Of a stretch of DNA of 64,000 bases, positions 48,398 through 58,700 are shown in pieces. The stretch is from an uncultured Erysipelotrichaceae bacterium. Lineage in GTDB: Bacteria > Bacillota_I > Bacilli_A > RFN20 > CAG-826. A program made the translations under genes and the position numbers. Position 1 is the stretch's first letter. Each line of letters opens with the position of its first letter. The DNA lies in contig CADBUI010000017.1 of NCBI GenBank assembly GCA_902797855.1, forward strand, positions 6,560-70,559. Reading direction: 5' to 3'. Below the pieces are notes generated by a model. It did not search any database. It was not told where the DNA came from and worked only from the letters and a program-made list of their open reading frames with translations.

Positions 48398-48970
48398 TTA
48401 TATTGTTTGACAAGCGATTAGATACTGATTTTCTAAACTATTTTTAATATCTTCCGATAATACAAAACTTTCATCATTTGTATATAAAGAGAAATAATTG
48501 ATATCTTTATCGCTCGAAGACAAAACAAATTCTCTTGAAAAATCAATATTTAAAGGAGAAACAAATATATAATTAACATTTTCTCTTTCTTTCCATACTA
48601 AGTTATTTACAGAATCAATTTTTATTTCATTAATATCCAAAAAAGTATTTACAAATGATAAACAATAGTGCATTGAAGATTTTTCATTATCAACCAAAAA
48701 TGCTCGTAAATATAATTGCTTATAATCATTAGTTTGACATCTAAATCCAGTAAGATGATAACTCTTATTTGAATCGCTAATAATGTTTGCATCAAAAGGT
48801 ACACGGTATTCTGGTACTGATAACGAATTATCAAAATCAATCATTTCGTGTAAAGAAGAGAATGAAAAATAATCTTGTATAGTTACACATCCATAATTAT
48901 CATTTGGAGAATTGTGACAAGAAACTAAAAAAACAAAAGAAAGTATATAAATAAACTTAAATTTATTCAT
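48398..48970 (-). CDS. lipoprotein, unknown function
   Basis: MNKFKFIYILSFVFLVSC has a signal peptide with lipobox LVSC. The start was set to ATG 48970, which overlaps the upstream stop within ATGAATAA. Confidence 0.7.
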   Translation of the reverse strand: MNKFKFIYILSFVFLVSCHNSPNDNYGCVTIQDYFSFSSLHEMIDFDNSLSVPEYRVPFDANIISDSNKSYHLTGFRCQTNDYKQLYLRAFLVDNEKSSMHYCLSFVNTFLDINEIKIDSVNNLVWKERENVNYIFVSPLNIDFSREFVLSSSDKDINYFSLYTNDESFVLSEDIKNSLENQYLIACQTI

Positions 48971-50621
48971 AATATTGTATCTCCAAATCACCAATTGATA
49001 ATCGCCCTTTATTTCTATCTCCGACAGCTTGATTCTGGAGAAAGAATTTTATGCCATAATAATCGTCATCAGTGGGCAAATCGAAAATGAATTTACTTCG
49101 ATTTGATCTACTGGTGTTCAATAAAAGAGAATGCAAATCAACAAAATTTAATATCCAGTTTCCAAACGAGTCCTTGCAAAAAATCCTCGCAACACCATCT
49201 GTTTGGTATTCATATTGACTCCACCATGCCAAATCAACAGACAATCTTTTGATCGGTTTATTGAAAGAAATTTCGAAATATGCATTTCCAGCGCCTTGCC
49301 TTCTTGGGGATAGATTAACAACTTCATCTTCTATATATCCAGTTCGAAGTCTATTTGTTGTGACATATAACTCGTTTTGCGAAAAATCTACTCGCTTGTT
49401 ATAGAAAAAATATTGAGATTGAAACCCCCAATCCGATGGTGTCATAAAAAATGTTTTGGAAGTTAATTGACCGCAGCCACAATAACAAGTATTGCTTGGT
49501 TGATGAACATAATTATCAGAATGTACATGAGGAACATAGTCAAAACAATAATCTAAACAATAACCACCATCGTTAAAAATGTTTTTTGGACATTTCGCAG
49601 TCGCGTGAGTGCCCAAATCACAGTAAAAACAATCATTATCATAACCGAAAATCACAACAGCGTGATTCCTTGCGCCTGCTATTACAGGTCTACCGTTATC
49701 TATTGCATATTCTATTGTATGGGTAACGTTATTGCCACAATTGTTAAAAAAACTATTAATATAATATGGACTTAATGCATTTTCTAAATAATTATTTAGA
49801 AGTTGCCTTGTATTATTTGCGGTTAATCCATTAGTGCGAGGGTCTATATATATTTCATTGATTGATTTTTGAATTAAGAAATTTTTAAACGAATCATTAT
49901 TGATTAGACCAATATGAGGAGAAGGATAAAATAAACTAAAGTCGTTGCTTGCGCTATTTCCAACCGACTTAATTTCCGCTTCTTCAGGGATAATGTTGTC
50001 GTTATAAAAAGTATCCCAATAATCTAAATAAATTTCCGAAGCGATTAGAGTACAAACATTTTCTTCTGGAGAAGCAAAACTATAATTTCCTCGCAAATGC
50101 TTGAAGAAAAAAACATTACCTATGGCATTTGAAATAGAATCAAATTGATGATTATAGAAAGTTCGATATGGAAAATCGCCTAAAAGATTCCATTCATCGA
50201 AAAGTGATGAAAATTGAACAATCGGAGTGTCTAGACAAACAAAAGAATAATTATTTGTATCGCAATAAAAATGATGACCATTATGGTATAGCAGATAATC
50301 TTCGTTTAAATAATATGAAAAAACATTATTATTATTCGAACCAAATTCTTCGACACTATATGTTGCTTTATTCAATAAAACAAATGAATCATCTGAAAAA
50401 ACGTACAGCCCGTATTGGTTACTTCCCTCGGGAGAATAAACATCTTTACTGATGATGGCGTCAGAAAGAACAAAATCATCATATCCAAAATCTATATTTT
50501 CATTTTCGATAAGTTGTTCACAAGAATTAGCAAAAATCATAGCATCTTCATAATATCCAGCAAGATTTGTTGATGCGCCTGGATAGAAGAGGGAGATAGC
50601 AGACAAAAACATTGTTAGCAT
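48963..50621 (-). CDS. putative secreted papain-fold (C39-like/C10-like) cysteine peptidase with a Cys-rich module and a C-terminal beta-rich domain
   Basis: 552 aa. Candidate nucleophile context ENVCTLIASEIYLDYW and candidate His context GARNHAVVIFGYDND. Cys-rich stretch CDLGTHATAKCP...YCLDYC...CYCGCG. The N-terminus is hydrophobic but lacks a basic n-region, and no clear RBS is present. Confidence 0.55.
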   Translation of the reverse strand: MLTMFLSAISLFYPGASTNLAGYYEDAMIFANSCEQLIENENIDFGYDDFVLSDAIISKDVYSPEGSNQYGLYVFSDDSFVLLNKATYSVEEFGSNNNNVFSYYLNEDYLLYHNGHHFYCDTNNYSFVCLDTPIVQFSSLFDEWNLLGDFPYRTFYNHQFDSISNAIGNVFFFKHLRGNYSFASPEENVCTLIASEIYLDYWDTFYNDNIIPEEAEIKSVGNSASNDFSLFYPSPHIGLINNDSFKNFLIQKSINEIYIDPRTNGLTANNTRQLLNNYLENALSPYYINSFFNNCGNNVTHTIEYAIDNGRPVIAGARNHAVVIFGYDNDCFYCDLGTHATAKCPKNIFNDGGYCLDYCFDYVPHVHSDNYVHQPSNTCYCGCGQLTSKTFFMTPSDWGFQSQYFFYNKRVDFSQNELYVTTNRLRTGYIEDEVVNLSPRRQGAGNAYFEISFNKPIKRLSVDLAWWSQYEYQTDGVARIFCKDSFGNWILNFVDLHSLLLNTSRSNRSKFIFDLPTDDDYYGIKFFLQNQAVGDRNKGRLSIGDLEIQYYE

Positions 50622-50660
50622 ATTTTCATTTTAAGCATCATATCATCGCTTTGCAAGCAA

Positions 50661-50954
50661 CTACTTAACGGCAAGTTTTTCATTTATAAGTGTTAAGGCA
50701 ACATCTCTAGTGCGATTTAGCGCATCTAAATCTTCACCGGGATCATTTATTCTTTTATGAGCGGCTATCGCTTCATTTAAAGCATAACCAAAGCCATAAT
50801 CAATTTTTCCTAAAGAAAGAAGCCTATTAACCATATTTTCGATTTGGTTAACATTTTGATAGCCATTATATGTTGATGTAACAGTGTTATAGTATTTCAC
50901 AAACACTGTCCAAGTTCGATCAAAATATGTTGCTAAAGTAGATTTATCAATCAT
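50661..50954 (-). CDS. hypothetical 97-aa protein
   Basis: The ORF overlaps the upstream stop by 8 nt (ATGATTGA). No motif recognised. Confidence 0.5.
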   Translation of the reverse strand: MIDKSTLATYFDRTWTVFVKYYNTVTSTYNGYQNVNQIENMVNRLLSLGKIDYGFGYALNEAIAAHKRINDPGEDLDALNRTRDVALTLINEKLAVK

Positions 50955-51528
50955 TGCTTTCTTTCTCCTTTTCTTCTATAGAAGAATTATTTGCTTCAAG
51001 GGCTTCTTTTTCTTGAGCTTCCTTTTCTAGTCTTTCCTCTTCTTGTTCTTTTCTTACTTCTGCTTCAAGTTTAAGGAATTCTGGAATTGGATAGAAATAG
51101 TGATAAATACCTTCGAAGGTATAATCAATAGCGATATAGATAAAGACGATGATAATTCCATATTTAAACCAACTATAAGCTTCAATGCCTAAATAGTAAT
51201 CAGCGTTCCAATTCACAAGTGAAATAATGTCATAGGTAAGTAGATATATTCCAATTGGAAGATGGATACATTTATCTAAATAGCAAGTTCTACTTCTTCT
51301 TTTCTTAGAAAGCGTTGCCCAAAGAAAATCACCAATAATAAGTAGTCCACCAGCAAGGGTAACAAAGTTAAAGATGGTTGATTTGATAAAATTATCGCTT
51401 CTAAGAACATCAGTGAACTTTAATATGATTAAAACGATGAAAACAATGGCAATCAAAAGAAATTCGCCAGAATAGACAAGCTTAGCTTTTTTAACTGGAT
51501 CCATCTTTTCTTTTTTTGCTTTTGCCAT
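50947..51528 (-). CDS. 4-TM membrane protein with an acidic coiled-coil tail
   Basis: 193 aa. Its start shares one base with the stop of the upstream PII-like gene (TAATG). The tail is EAEVRKEQEEERLEKEAQEKEALE. Confidence 0.6.
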   Translation of the reverse strand: MAKAKKEKMDPVKKAKLVYSGEFLLIAIVFIVLIILKFTDVLRSDNFIKSTIFNFVTLAGGLLIIGDFLWATLSKKRRSRTCYLDKCIHLPIGIYLLTYDIISLVNWNADYYLGIEAYSWFKYGIIIVFIYIAIDYTFEGIYHYFYPIPEFLKLEAEVRKEQEEERLEKEAQEKEALEANNSSIEEKEKESND

Positions 51529-51866
51529 TATTTATTTTCCTCACTTGTGCCTTGCTCAAATTTTAGTCCAGTAACGGATTCAACAGGTAAAGAGAAGGCT
51601 ATGCCTTGTCCATCTGTTCCTAGTCCAGCAGCTTTATAAATCGCTGACATAACTTTATCGCGAATCTTAACGTTAACTAAAATCATGACCATTTCTTTAT
51701 TTGGAGTAATTACAATTCCAAATTTCTTTTCCATTTCTTTAGTGCCTGTTCCACGAGCGTGGATGATTGTCCCACCTCGTGCACCTTCTTCACGAGCAGC
51801 GTCCATCACGACTTCAGAGAAGCCTTGATTAACAAGTGCGATAATTAATTCAAAATTATTTGCCAT
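51528..51866 (-). CDS. PII-family (GlnB-like fold) signal transduction protein
   Basis: 112 aa. ELIIALVNQGFSEVVMDAAREEGARGGTIIHARGTG...MVMILV...GIAFSLPVESV follows a beta-alpha-beta ferredoxin-like PII pattern. Confidence 0.7.
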   Translation of the reverse strand: MANNFELIIALVNQGFSEVVMDAAREEGARGGTIIHARGTGTKEMEKKFGIVITPNKEMVMILVNVKIRDKVMSAIYKAAGLGTDGQGIAFSLPVESVTGLKFEQGTSEENK

Positions 51867-51876
51867 AAGTTAACTC

Positions 51877-52287
51877 CTATTCTTGAGAATTACTCAAAAA
51901 TTCATATAGTCTCACTCCAATAAGTGAGGTTAAAGGAATGGAAAATCCGATTCCGCGAATTGATTTATTAAGGTTAAAGAAGTTATCAAGTTCTTTAGTA
52001 ACTTCGTTAACTATCTCTTTTCTAATAAGAGAAAGAACAACTTCTTTTTCATTATCTTCGATACCAAGAATTTCTCTTATTTCTTTAACGGCTGTTCCTT
52101 CACCCATTTGAACAAATTGAGCAGATGCTCCCATCTTTTCAAATAGACGAATAACTGGTTGAGAAAATCCTCTATCTACGATAGTGATATAAAGTGAAAG
52201 CTTTTTAATATCATGCTTTTCTTCATATTTAGGTTGAAGTTTTGTTTTTACTTCTTCGTTTTTCTTTTTTCTAGAAAATAATCCCAT
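51877..52287 (-). CDS. divergent PII-like protein (paralogue of 51528-51866)
   Basis: 136 aa. LSLYITIVDRGFSQPVIRLFEKMGASAQFVQMGEGT aligns by eye with the neighbouring PII-like protein. Confidence 0.55.
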   Translation of the reverse strand: MGLFSRKKKNEEVKTKLQPKYEEKHDIKKLSLYITIVDRGFSQPVIRLFEKMGASAQFVQMGEGTAVKEIREILGIEDNEKEVVLSLIRKEIVNEVTKELDNFFNLNKSIRGIGFSIPLTSLIGVRLYEFLSNSQE

Positions 52288-52298
52288 TTACCTAACTC

Positions 52299-53870
52299 CT
52301 AAAAATGAATGATTTGAGCGTCTTCCTTAGAGTAAGAGATAGTGCGCATTGAAGAAGATGCGACGTATGTCTTGATCTTTTGGCTCACTCCAAGAAGTTG
52401 AATAGCAATAACAGGAGTTAAAGCAATTAAAGCAATAACCCCAAATGATTGATTATAGTAATCTGCACTTGCTCCAAAAGCAGTTGAGGTTATACCCACT
52501 ACCATTGGAAGAACAAATGAAGAGGCCATTGGACCTGAGGCTGTTCCTCCTGAGTCAAAGGCCATTGCAGTAAATATATCTGGACAGATAAACATAAGTC
52601 CAAGAGAGATAATATATCCAGGAATCATGTAATACATGATTGAGAAATTAAATAATGTTCTAATGACCGCTAAAGCGATTGCAACACCTACTCCTAAAGA
52701 AAGAGTTAATAAAACCGTAATCTTTTTAACTGAACCATCGCTGATTTTTTCCATTTGAATAGTTAAAACATGTACTGCTGGTTCACAAAGAATAGTGACT
52801 AAACCAATCACAAAAGCAATGATAATAATTAACCAATTAGATTGTTGCCCAAGCATTGAGCCAACATAATATCCTAGTGGAGTCATCGCTGCACTTGTGC
52901 CACATAGGAAAATAGTTAATCCAATATAGGCATATAAGAAACCAAATAATAAAGATTTAATCTTTTTAATTGGTAGATGCATAAAGATGAAATTATAGAT
53001 TAAGAAAATCACTAAAGTTGGAGCGATAGCAATAATAACTTCTATAGAAGTTCCAAGTGTAAACCCTCCATTATTCGTGTTAGGAATAAGGGCATTCATA
53101 AATGTCATGAAAATATTACTTGTGGCCTCTTCCATCGAGGTATATTGAGGAATATAGTTTCCATCAACCGGAGCAATGGCAAGAAGGATTGCAACTGTTA
53201 AAATAGGTCCAATTGAGGCCATACCCACTAAACCAAAGCTATCATTTTGAGATGATTTACCACCACGCACGATAGCGATACCCGCGCCTAAAGAAAGAAT
53301 AAATGGAACAGTCGCGCTTCCAGTGGTGACTCCTCCACTATCAAAGATAAATGGTAAAAAACTAGCTTTTAAAGGATCCATAACAATGAATGTTAAAAGC
53401 ATAAATGTTAAAGCGTAGAAAAGTAGATACCAAAGTTTAAGTGAGCGATGGAAGATAATTCTAAGAACACCAATAACAACAAATAAGCCTACTCCAAGAG
53501 CAATTCCACCAACAAGTAAGACACCATTAATATTAACTTGTTTAGAAACAATCATGATTGATGGTTCTGCTACTGTAATAAGAGCGCCTAAAGCAAACGC
53601 AAATAAACAAACGATAAATAAATTCTTTTGTTTAGAAAGTGATGATCCCATATATTCACCTACTTTAGTAAGTGAACGAGATGCACCAATTTGGAAGATA
53701 GTTAATCCAGCGATTAAAACAATCATTCCAATCAATAATAAAAGATAATCACCACGGTTAAAATTTAGCGGAGCGAGTCCTACTAATGAAAGTATAATAA
53801 CAATCGCTATTATTGGAGCGATTGATAAGGTTGATGTGATTAATGCTTGAACGTGTCTATTTTTAAGCAT
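52299..53870 (-). CDS. polytopic membrane protein, DUF1538-type (putative transporter partnered with PII-like proteins)
   Basis: 523 aa with 12 or more TM helices and two internally similar halves (FDSGGVTTGSATVPF and FDSGGTASGPMASSF). The family name is recalled from this motif and gene context and is not verified. Confidence 0.6.
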   Translation of the reverse strand: MLKNRHVQALITSTLSIAPIIAIVIILSLVGLAPLNFNRGDYLLLLIGMIVLIAGLTIFQIGASRSLTKVGEYMGSSLSKQKNLFIVCLFAFALGALITVAEPSIMIVSKQVNINGVLLVGGIALGVGLFVVIGVLRIIFHRSLKLWYLLFYALTFMLLTFIVMDPLKASFLPFIFDSGGVTTGSATVPFILSLGAGIAIVRGGKSSQNDSFGLVGMASIGPILTVAILLAIAPVDGNYIPQYTSMEEATSNIFMTFMNALIPNTNNGGFTLGTSIEVIIAIAPTLVIFLIYNFIFMHLPIKKIKSLLFGFLYAYIGLTIFLCGTSAAMTPLGYYVGSMLGQQSNWLIIIIAFVIGLVTILCEPAVHVLTIQMEKISDGSVKKITVLLTLSLGVGVAIALAVIRTLFNFSIMYYMIPGYIISLGLMFICPDIFTAMAFDSGGTASGPMASSFVLPMVVGITSTAFGASADYYNQSFGVIALIALTPVIAIQLLGVSQKIKTYVASSSMRTISYSKEDAQIIHF

Positions 53871-54007
53871 GCTACAATTATAGTTTAATTGATAGATTAA
53901 TTGTAATCTATTTTTTAAAAAGTAATAAAATCACAATTTTGAAAGCATATTTCTTGATATATTTTTTTATTGTTTGCTAATATAAGCGTGACAAAGGGGG
54001 TAAAACA

Positions 54008-54481
54008 ATGTCAATTTATGATTTTGAAGTAAAAGACTACACTGGTAAAGTAGTTAAACTAGAAGAGTATAAAGGCAAGGTTCTTCTTATCGTTAACACT
54101 GCCACTAAATGCGGATTTACAAAGCAATATGATGCTTTAGAAGCAATGTATGCCAAATTTAAAGATAGAGGCTTTGAAATCTTAGATTTCCCATGCAACC
54201 AATTCTTTAAGCAAGCGCCAGGAAGCGCTGAAGAAATCCATAGTGCATGTGTCCTTAGATTTGCAATTGCTTTCCCACAATTTGATAAGATTGATGTAAA
54301 TGGAAAAAATGAGCATCCATTATATCGCTACTTAAAAGATAACTGCGAAGTTAAAAAAGGTAAAAATATCAAATGGAATTTCACTAAATTCTTAGTTGAT
54401 AGAGAAGGCAATATCGTTAATAGATTTGAGCCTGCTGAAAAGCCAGAAGACTTCGAAAAGAAAGTCGAAGAAATTCTCTAA
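54008..54481 (+). CDS. glutathione peroxidase family protein (Cys type)
   Basis: 157 aa. LIVNTATKCGFT, FPCNQF and WNFTKFLV. Confidence 0.92.
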   Translation: MSIYDFEVKDYTGKVVKLEEYKGKVLLIVNTATKCGFTKQYDALEAMYAKFKDRGFEILDFPCNQFFKQAPGSAEEIHSACVLRFAIAFPQFDKIDVNGKNEHPLYRYLKDNCEVKKGKNIKWNFTKFLVDREGNIVNRFEPAEKPEDFEKKVEEIL

Positions 54482-54525
54482 AAAAAGAAAAAGAGGACCT
54501 ACACAAATGTGTAGGCCCTTTTCTT
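54481..54525. terminator. bidirectional terminator between the peroxidase gene and the lipoprotein gene
   Basis: GGACCTACACA-AA-TGTGTAGGCCC (one mismatch), flanked by an A-run and TTTTCTT. Confidence 0.75.
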
Positions 54526-54536
54526 ATATTTAGATA

Positions 54537-55766
54537 TTATGGATAAAGGACTTCTCCAGGTTTTCCAGCTGAACCAGTAGCACTGCTAGAAGATTCGCCT
54601 TCCCCAGGATTAGGTACGCCTGCAGAAAATAGATAATCTTTATATTTTGCTAAATCATTGGCAACCATATATTCAAACGACATTGCGTTTCCACCATAGT
54701 GTTTTGTCCATAAAGTTGAATATCCTCCTTTTCCACCATCACCAGCGCGCACTCCAAGAGACTTATATATACCTGCGACACGAGTGTCTTTACTAAATGG
54801 GTAGTTACCCATCATACCATCATTAACATCTTTTGCGTTTGCTCCTGCTCCACCAATAAGAGCTACTTTTCCTAGCGACATACTATCTACGGAGATGGTA
54901 TTTAGAATAAAGTTGGCTTCAATAGCAAATTTACTTGATTCATCGATGACTGAAGGTCTATTTAAATCAGTTTCTCCTCCACTACCAGCTTGAATACTAA
55001 CACCACCGTTAGTGTCACTAACGAAGATAACATTTTTCATCCTTGCTAATGCTGGACAAGATTTTCCTGCATAAAGCGAAGAATGTCTAGATAAATGGAA
55101 GAAACAATTAAAATTAGCTTTTCCTAAATAATTAAACACTGGTGCAAATGAAGAATAATCATCCGTCTTAATATATGAATTAAAATAACTTGCGTCTAAA
55201 TAGATATGAAGATCTTCAATTCTATTAGCGATATCAAATGTATATCCATCATAATTCCAGTTGTTAAATCTTACTTCATCAGTGTCTCTACTGATTTGGT
55301 AGTGATATACATCTTTAGCGTCCTCACTCTTTTTATAAAAATCATCATGAGTGATTACTTTTGGATTGTCTTTTGTGACAGGTTTTTCTATCTTAGTTAC
55401 TTCACTTGTTTTAAGTAACGATGCTTCACTCATATCCGTGAGACTAGAGGCGTTATAGTATTTAATAACAACATTATCAAGAAGATAATCACTTGTGTTA
55501 ACTTTCACAAAGTTATCTCTAGATAAATCTGACACGAAGTGTTCACTTGTGCCATCATTATTAAGTTTATCTCCTTCAATAATGTAGGCATTTGAAGTAT
55601 CAAATATATCCCATGTTAGATAATCTCCAACCTGCATGATTTCAGTGTTTGCTTTTCCACTAGTGAATAATAATCCTGGATCAAAATTAAATAGTGAGAC
55701 TCCACAGCTAGTTAAAAGAAATGGAGTAACAACTAATAATGAGGTTTTAACAAATATCTTTTTCAT
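54537..55766 (-). CDS. lipoprotein with a Gly-rich C-terminal region (third gene of the TIR operon)
   Basis: MKKIFVKTSLLVVTPFLLTSC has lipobox LTSC. The C-terminus includes GGAGANAKD...GDGGKGGYSTLW...GEGESSSSATGSAGKPG. The start lies 5 nt after the TIR gene stop. Confidence 0.7.
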   Translation of the reverse strand: MKKIFVKTSLLVVTPFLLTSCGVSLFNFDPGLLFTSGKANTEIMQVGDYLTWDIFDTSNAYIIEGDKLNNDGTSEHFVSDLSRDNFVKVNTSDYLLDNVVIKYYNASSLTDMSEASLLKTSEVTKIEKPVTKDNPKVITHDDFYKKSEDAKDVYHYQISRDTDEVRFNNWNYDGYTFDIANRIEDLHIYLDASYFNSYIKTDDYSSFAPVFNYLGKANFNCFFHLSRHSSLYAGKSCPALARMKNVIFVSDTNGGVSIQAGSGGETDLNRPSVIDESSKFAIEANFILNTISVDSMSLGKVALIGGAGANAKDVNDGMMGNYPFSKDTRVAGIYKSLGVRAGDGGKGGYSTLWTKHYGGNAMSFEYMVANDLAKYKDYLFSAGVPNPGEGESSSSATGSAGKPGEVLYP

Positions 55767-55771
55767 AATTA

Positions 55772-58700
55772 CTACTCCTCTTTGCTAATATTTAGTCCAA
55801 TTAAAACAGAAATAAGGACAGGTATACCTGCTGCAATTACAATGCAAACTAAACAAGCCATAAACGAAAGTGGCAAGATAAAGTATTTATCTTTGAACAC
55901 TTCATAATTGATTAAACAAATTCTAAGTAAGGCCATACCAATTAAGAATCCAACAATTGAGCCACCTTCAGTTAGAAATAATAGTCTATAGGTTTTGATG
56001 CGGCTTCTAAAAAACATCGCAACTACTTGAGCAATGAGTCCAAGGACACATCCTATAACTGACATAACTGCGATTTCACCATGTTCATCAGTGCCTTCAA
56101 ATGTGAAGACATCATTAAGAATGAAATATCCAAATACAAAGGCCACAGCAAATAAGATTGGCATTAGATAGTTAATTACTCCTGCGAATAATTTTTGCTT
56201 TTTAAAATGAGTGAACTGGAAGTCTCTAAAGAGAATGAAATTCACTAAGATAAGAAGCCCAAAAATACCCGCTACTATTAAGGCAGCATAAAGTGCTTCA
56301 AAGAAGAAAGCGATAATAGGTACGCCTAGCGTAATAATAACCATATACACGATTGGTATTACATTCGCGAGAACAAGAGACGCTGAATGTGAACTTCTAG
56401 CGGACAAAGAATGATTTCGACCGTGTCTTTTGCTTCTAACTCTTTTAGATGTGCTTTCGGATAAATAAACTCCACTAGAAAGATTAGCTAAAACTTGTTC
56501 TATGGAATCATCTTCTGGTAGATCAGCATCAAGAAGTTCTTTGTTTCGTTCTTTAAATACTGAGGCAAATCTTTTATATTGTTTTCCGTTTTTAATATTA
56601 TTAATCGCGGTGTAAAACTTAAGATAAACGTTTTCAGGAAGAGCGTTTCCTTCTTTTTCTTTAAGCGCGTAATATTTATTAAGTAAAACCTTGAAACTAG
56701 AAAGATCTCCAATGCTACCTTTATAGAAAAGTAGGCTATAGTTAGTTGGAGACTTGGCTTCACATTTTGTAAGTCCCCATCTAGCTTCTAAGTTATCTTC
56801 ATCATTCGCGAGGATTTCATTAAAGTATTTACTTGCTTCTTCGTAGTCTTTTTCAATTAAGAAACGATTACCGCTCTTAAGAAGTAAATTTAGATAATCT
56901 TCATGAGAGATTTTTGCACTTCCACTCATCTCAATGAGTGTCTTAATAATTAGTTTAGCGAGGCCAATCTTTTTAGGGTTATTGACCATAATAAGAGCGC
57001 TTTTTAGTAAGAGGGTGAATTTATTATCTTCACTACTAAGATTAAATTTCGCACCTCCAGAGATAAGTTTAACGATAATATAGTAAATATTATCTTCATT
57101 TCCTTCTAAAGAAGGAATGTTATTTAAATCAAATGTTCTAAAGTGCTTGATAGTTAACTTATCTGCTAAAGCGAAACTATTATCATCTCCACCATGACGA
57201 ATGATGAATTCACTCCAAAGAGCTTCTTTATTATATTCATCAATACCTAGGATGACTTTGTTAAGTCTAGAGGCAAATTTAAATAGATATGCGGAGAGAT
57301 ATCTTCTTGATACTCTGTTATATAGTTTAATGATTAATCTCGCGCCTTCTTCTTCGTAGTTAGAATAAAAACGCTTAAATACTTTTAAAAGTATAGTTTC
57401 AATATCTTTATCATCTAAACAGTTTGGTCTTTTAGCGAGTTTTCTATCAACTTGGTCAATAAATGGTTCTTCAAATAATTTAATCTTTTCAAGCATGACT
57501 TCTTTATCATTAAATGAAGACATCACTGATAAAAAGAAATCATTTTTATCGTTAAGAATTTTAAGGAAGACTCTTGGCTTTTGACTTAGTGATTTCACTA
57601 AAAGCTCAGTCATAATATTAGATAATTCAAGAGCATCTTCTTTTTTAGCAACAACGATAGTGTTATAGAAATCTTGAGAGATTCTATCGATATTATATGG
57701 ATTTAATTCAGCATCCATTAAAGATGATTTCCAAGGCAAAAATAAATCACATTTTAGCTTTGCTAAGTTAGCGTTATAGTTATGTGGATTTGTCTCAGTA
57801 ATCTTACTTAATCGCTCATATGCTTTAGCGTATGATTTAAGAGTATTAGTCTCCATATCGCTAGTGGCGACTTCAAATTCAATCTTCTCAGAATAATCAA
57901 GATCGGTTTCCTTAAATCCTTTAAATGATTGAGTGGAAATATTTTCCGCGGTGGTTTTAAGTTTTTTAATTGATGTATCAAGAGTGACGTTTTGGAACTG
58001 TGAACGTTTCTCAACGCGGATAATATTTTTAAATCTCGCATTAGTGATTTGATAGAATTCTTCATTTAATGGAAGAGCTTCAAATTTCTTTAACGCAGTT
58101 GGAAGTCTATCAACTTTAAATCCACCTTCTAAAACAGGGATAAGAAGGAGTTTTTCTTTAGAGGTTTCCACTCTTTTTTTGAATCTCATCCATTCAGATT
58201 TTACCCAAGGGGAATTGAGGTATTCTTTATTTGGAGAAGCACACACTAAAATAAATATTTTAGCGGACATAAGTGCGCTATAAATAATAGGTTCAAAAGC
58301 TTCACCAAATCTTTCTTCGTGGAGAGTTTTTTGAGCAAGGAAACATTTTAGTCCCCAGCTTGTAAATTTATCGTATAGTCTACGAGCGACTTCACTATCA
58401 TTTGTAGGGACACCATTATCTTGTCTTTTATAAGAGATAAAGACATCATAAGGTTCCTCTTCTTTCATTAAATCGATAGCCTCCATTCTGAGTTTATCGA
58501 TTTGAGTGAGAGACTGATTATAGTATTCAAGTGTTTCTGGATTATCTTTTAAGATTTCACATAGTGTCTTGTAATAATGCTTATCAAAGATAGATTCATC
58601 ATGAACTAAGTTTAAAATTGGAACTTCTCTAGTGGTGTTTCCATCTTCATCCACAAAAGAAATACCATATTCACATAAAAGAAGTTGATAATAGGCTTGA

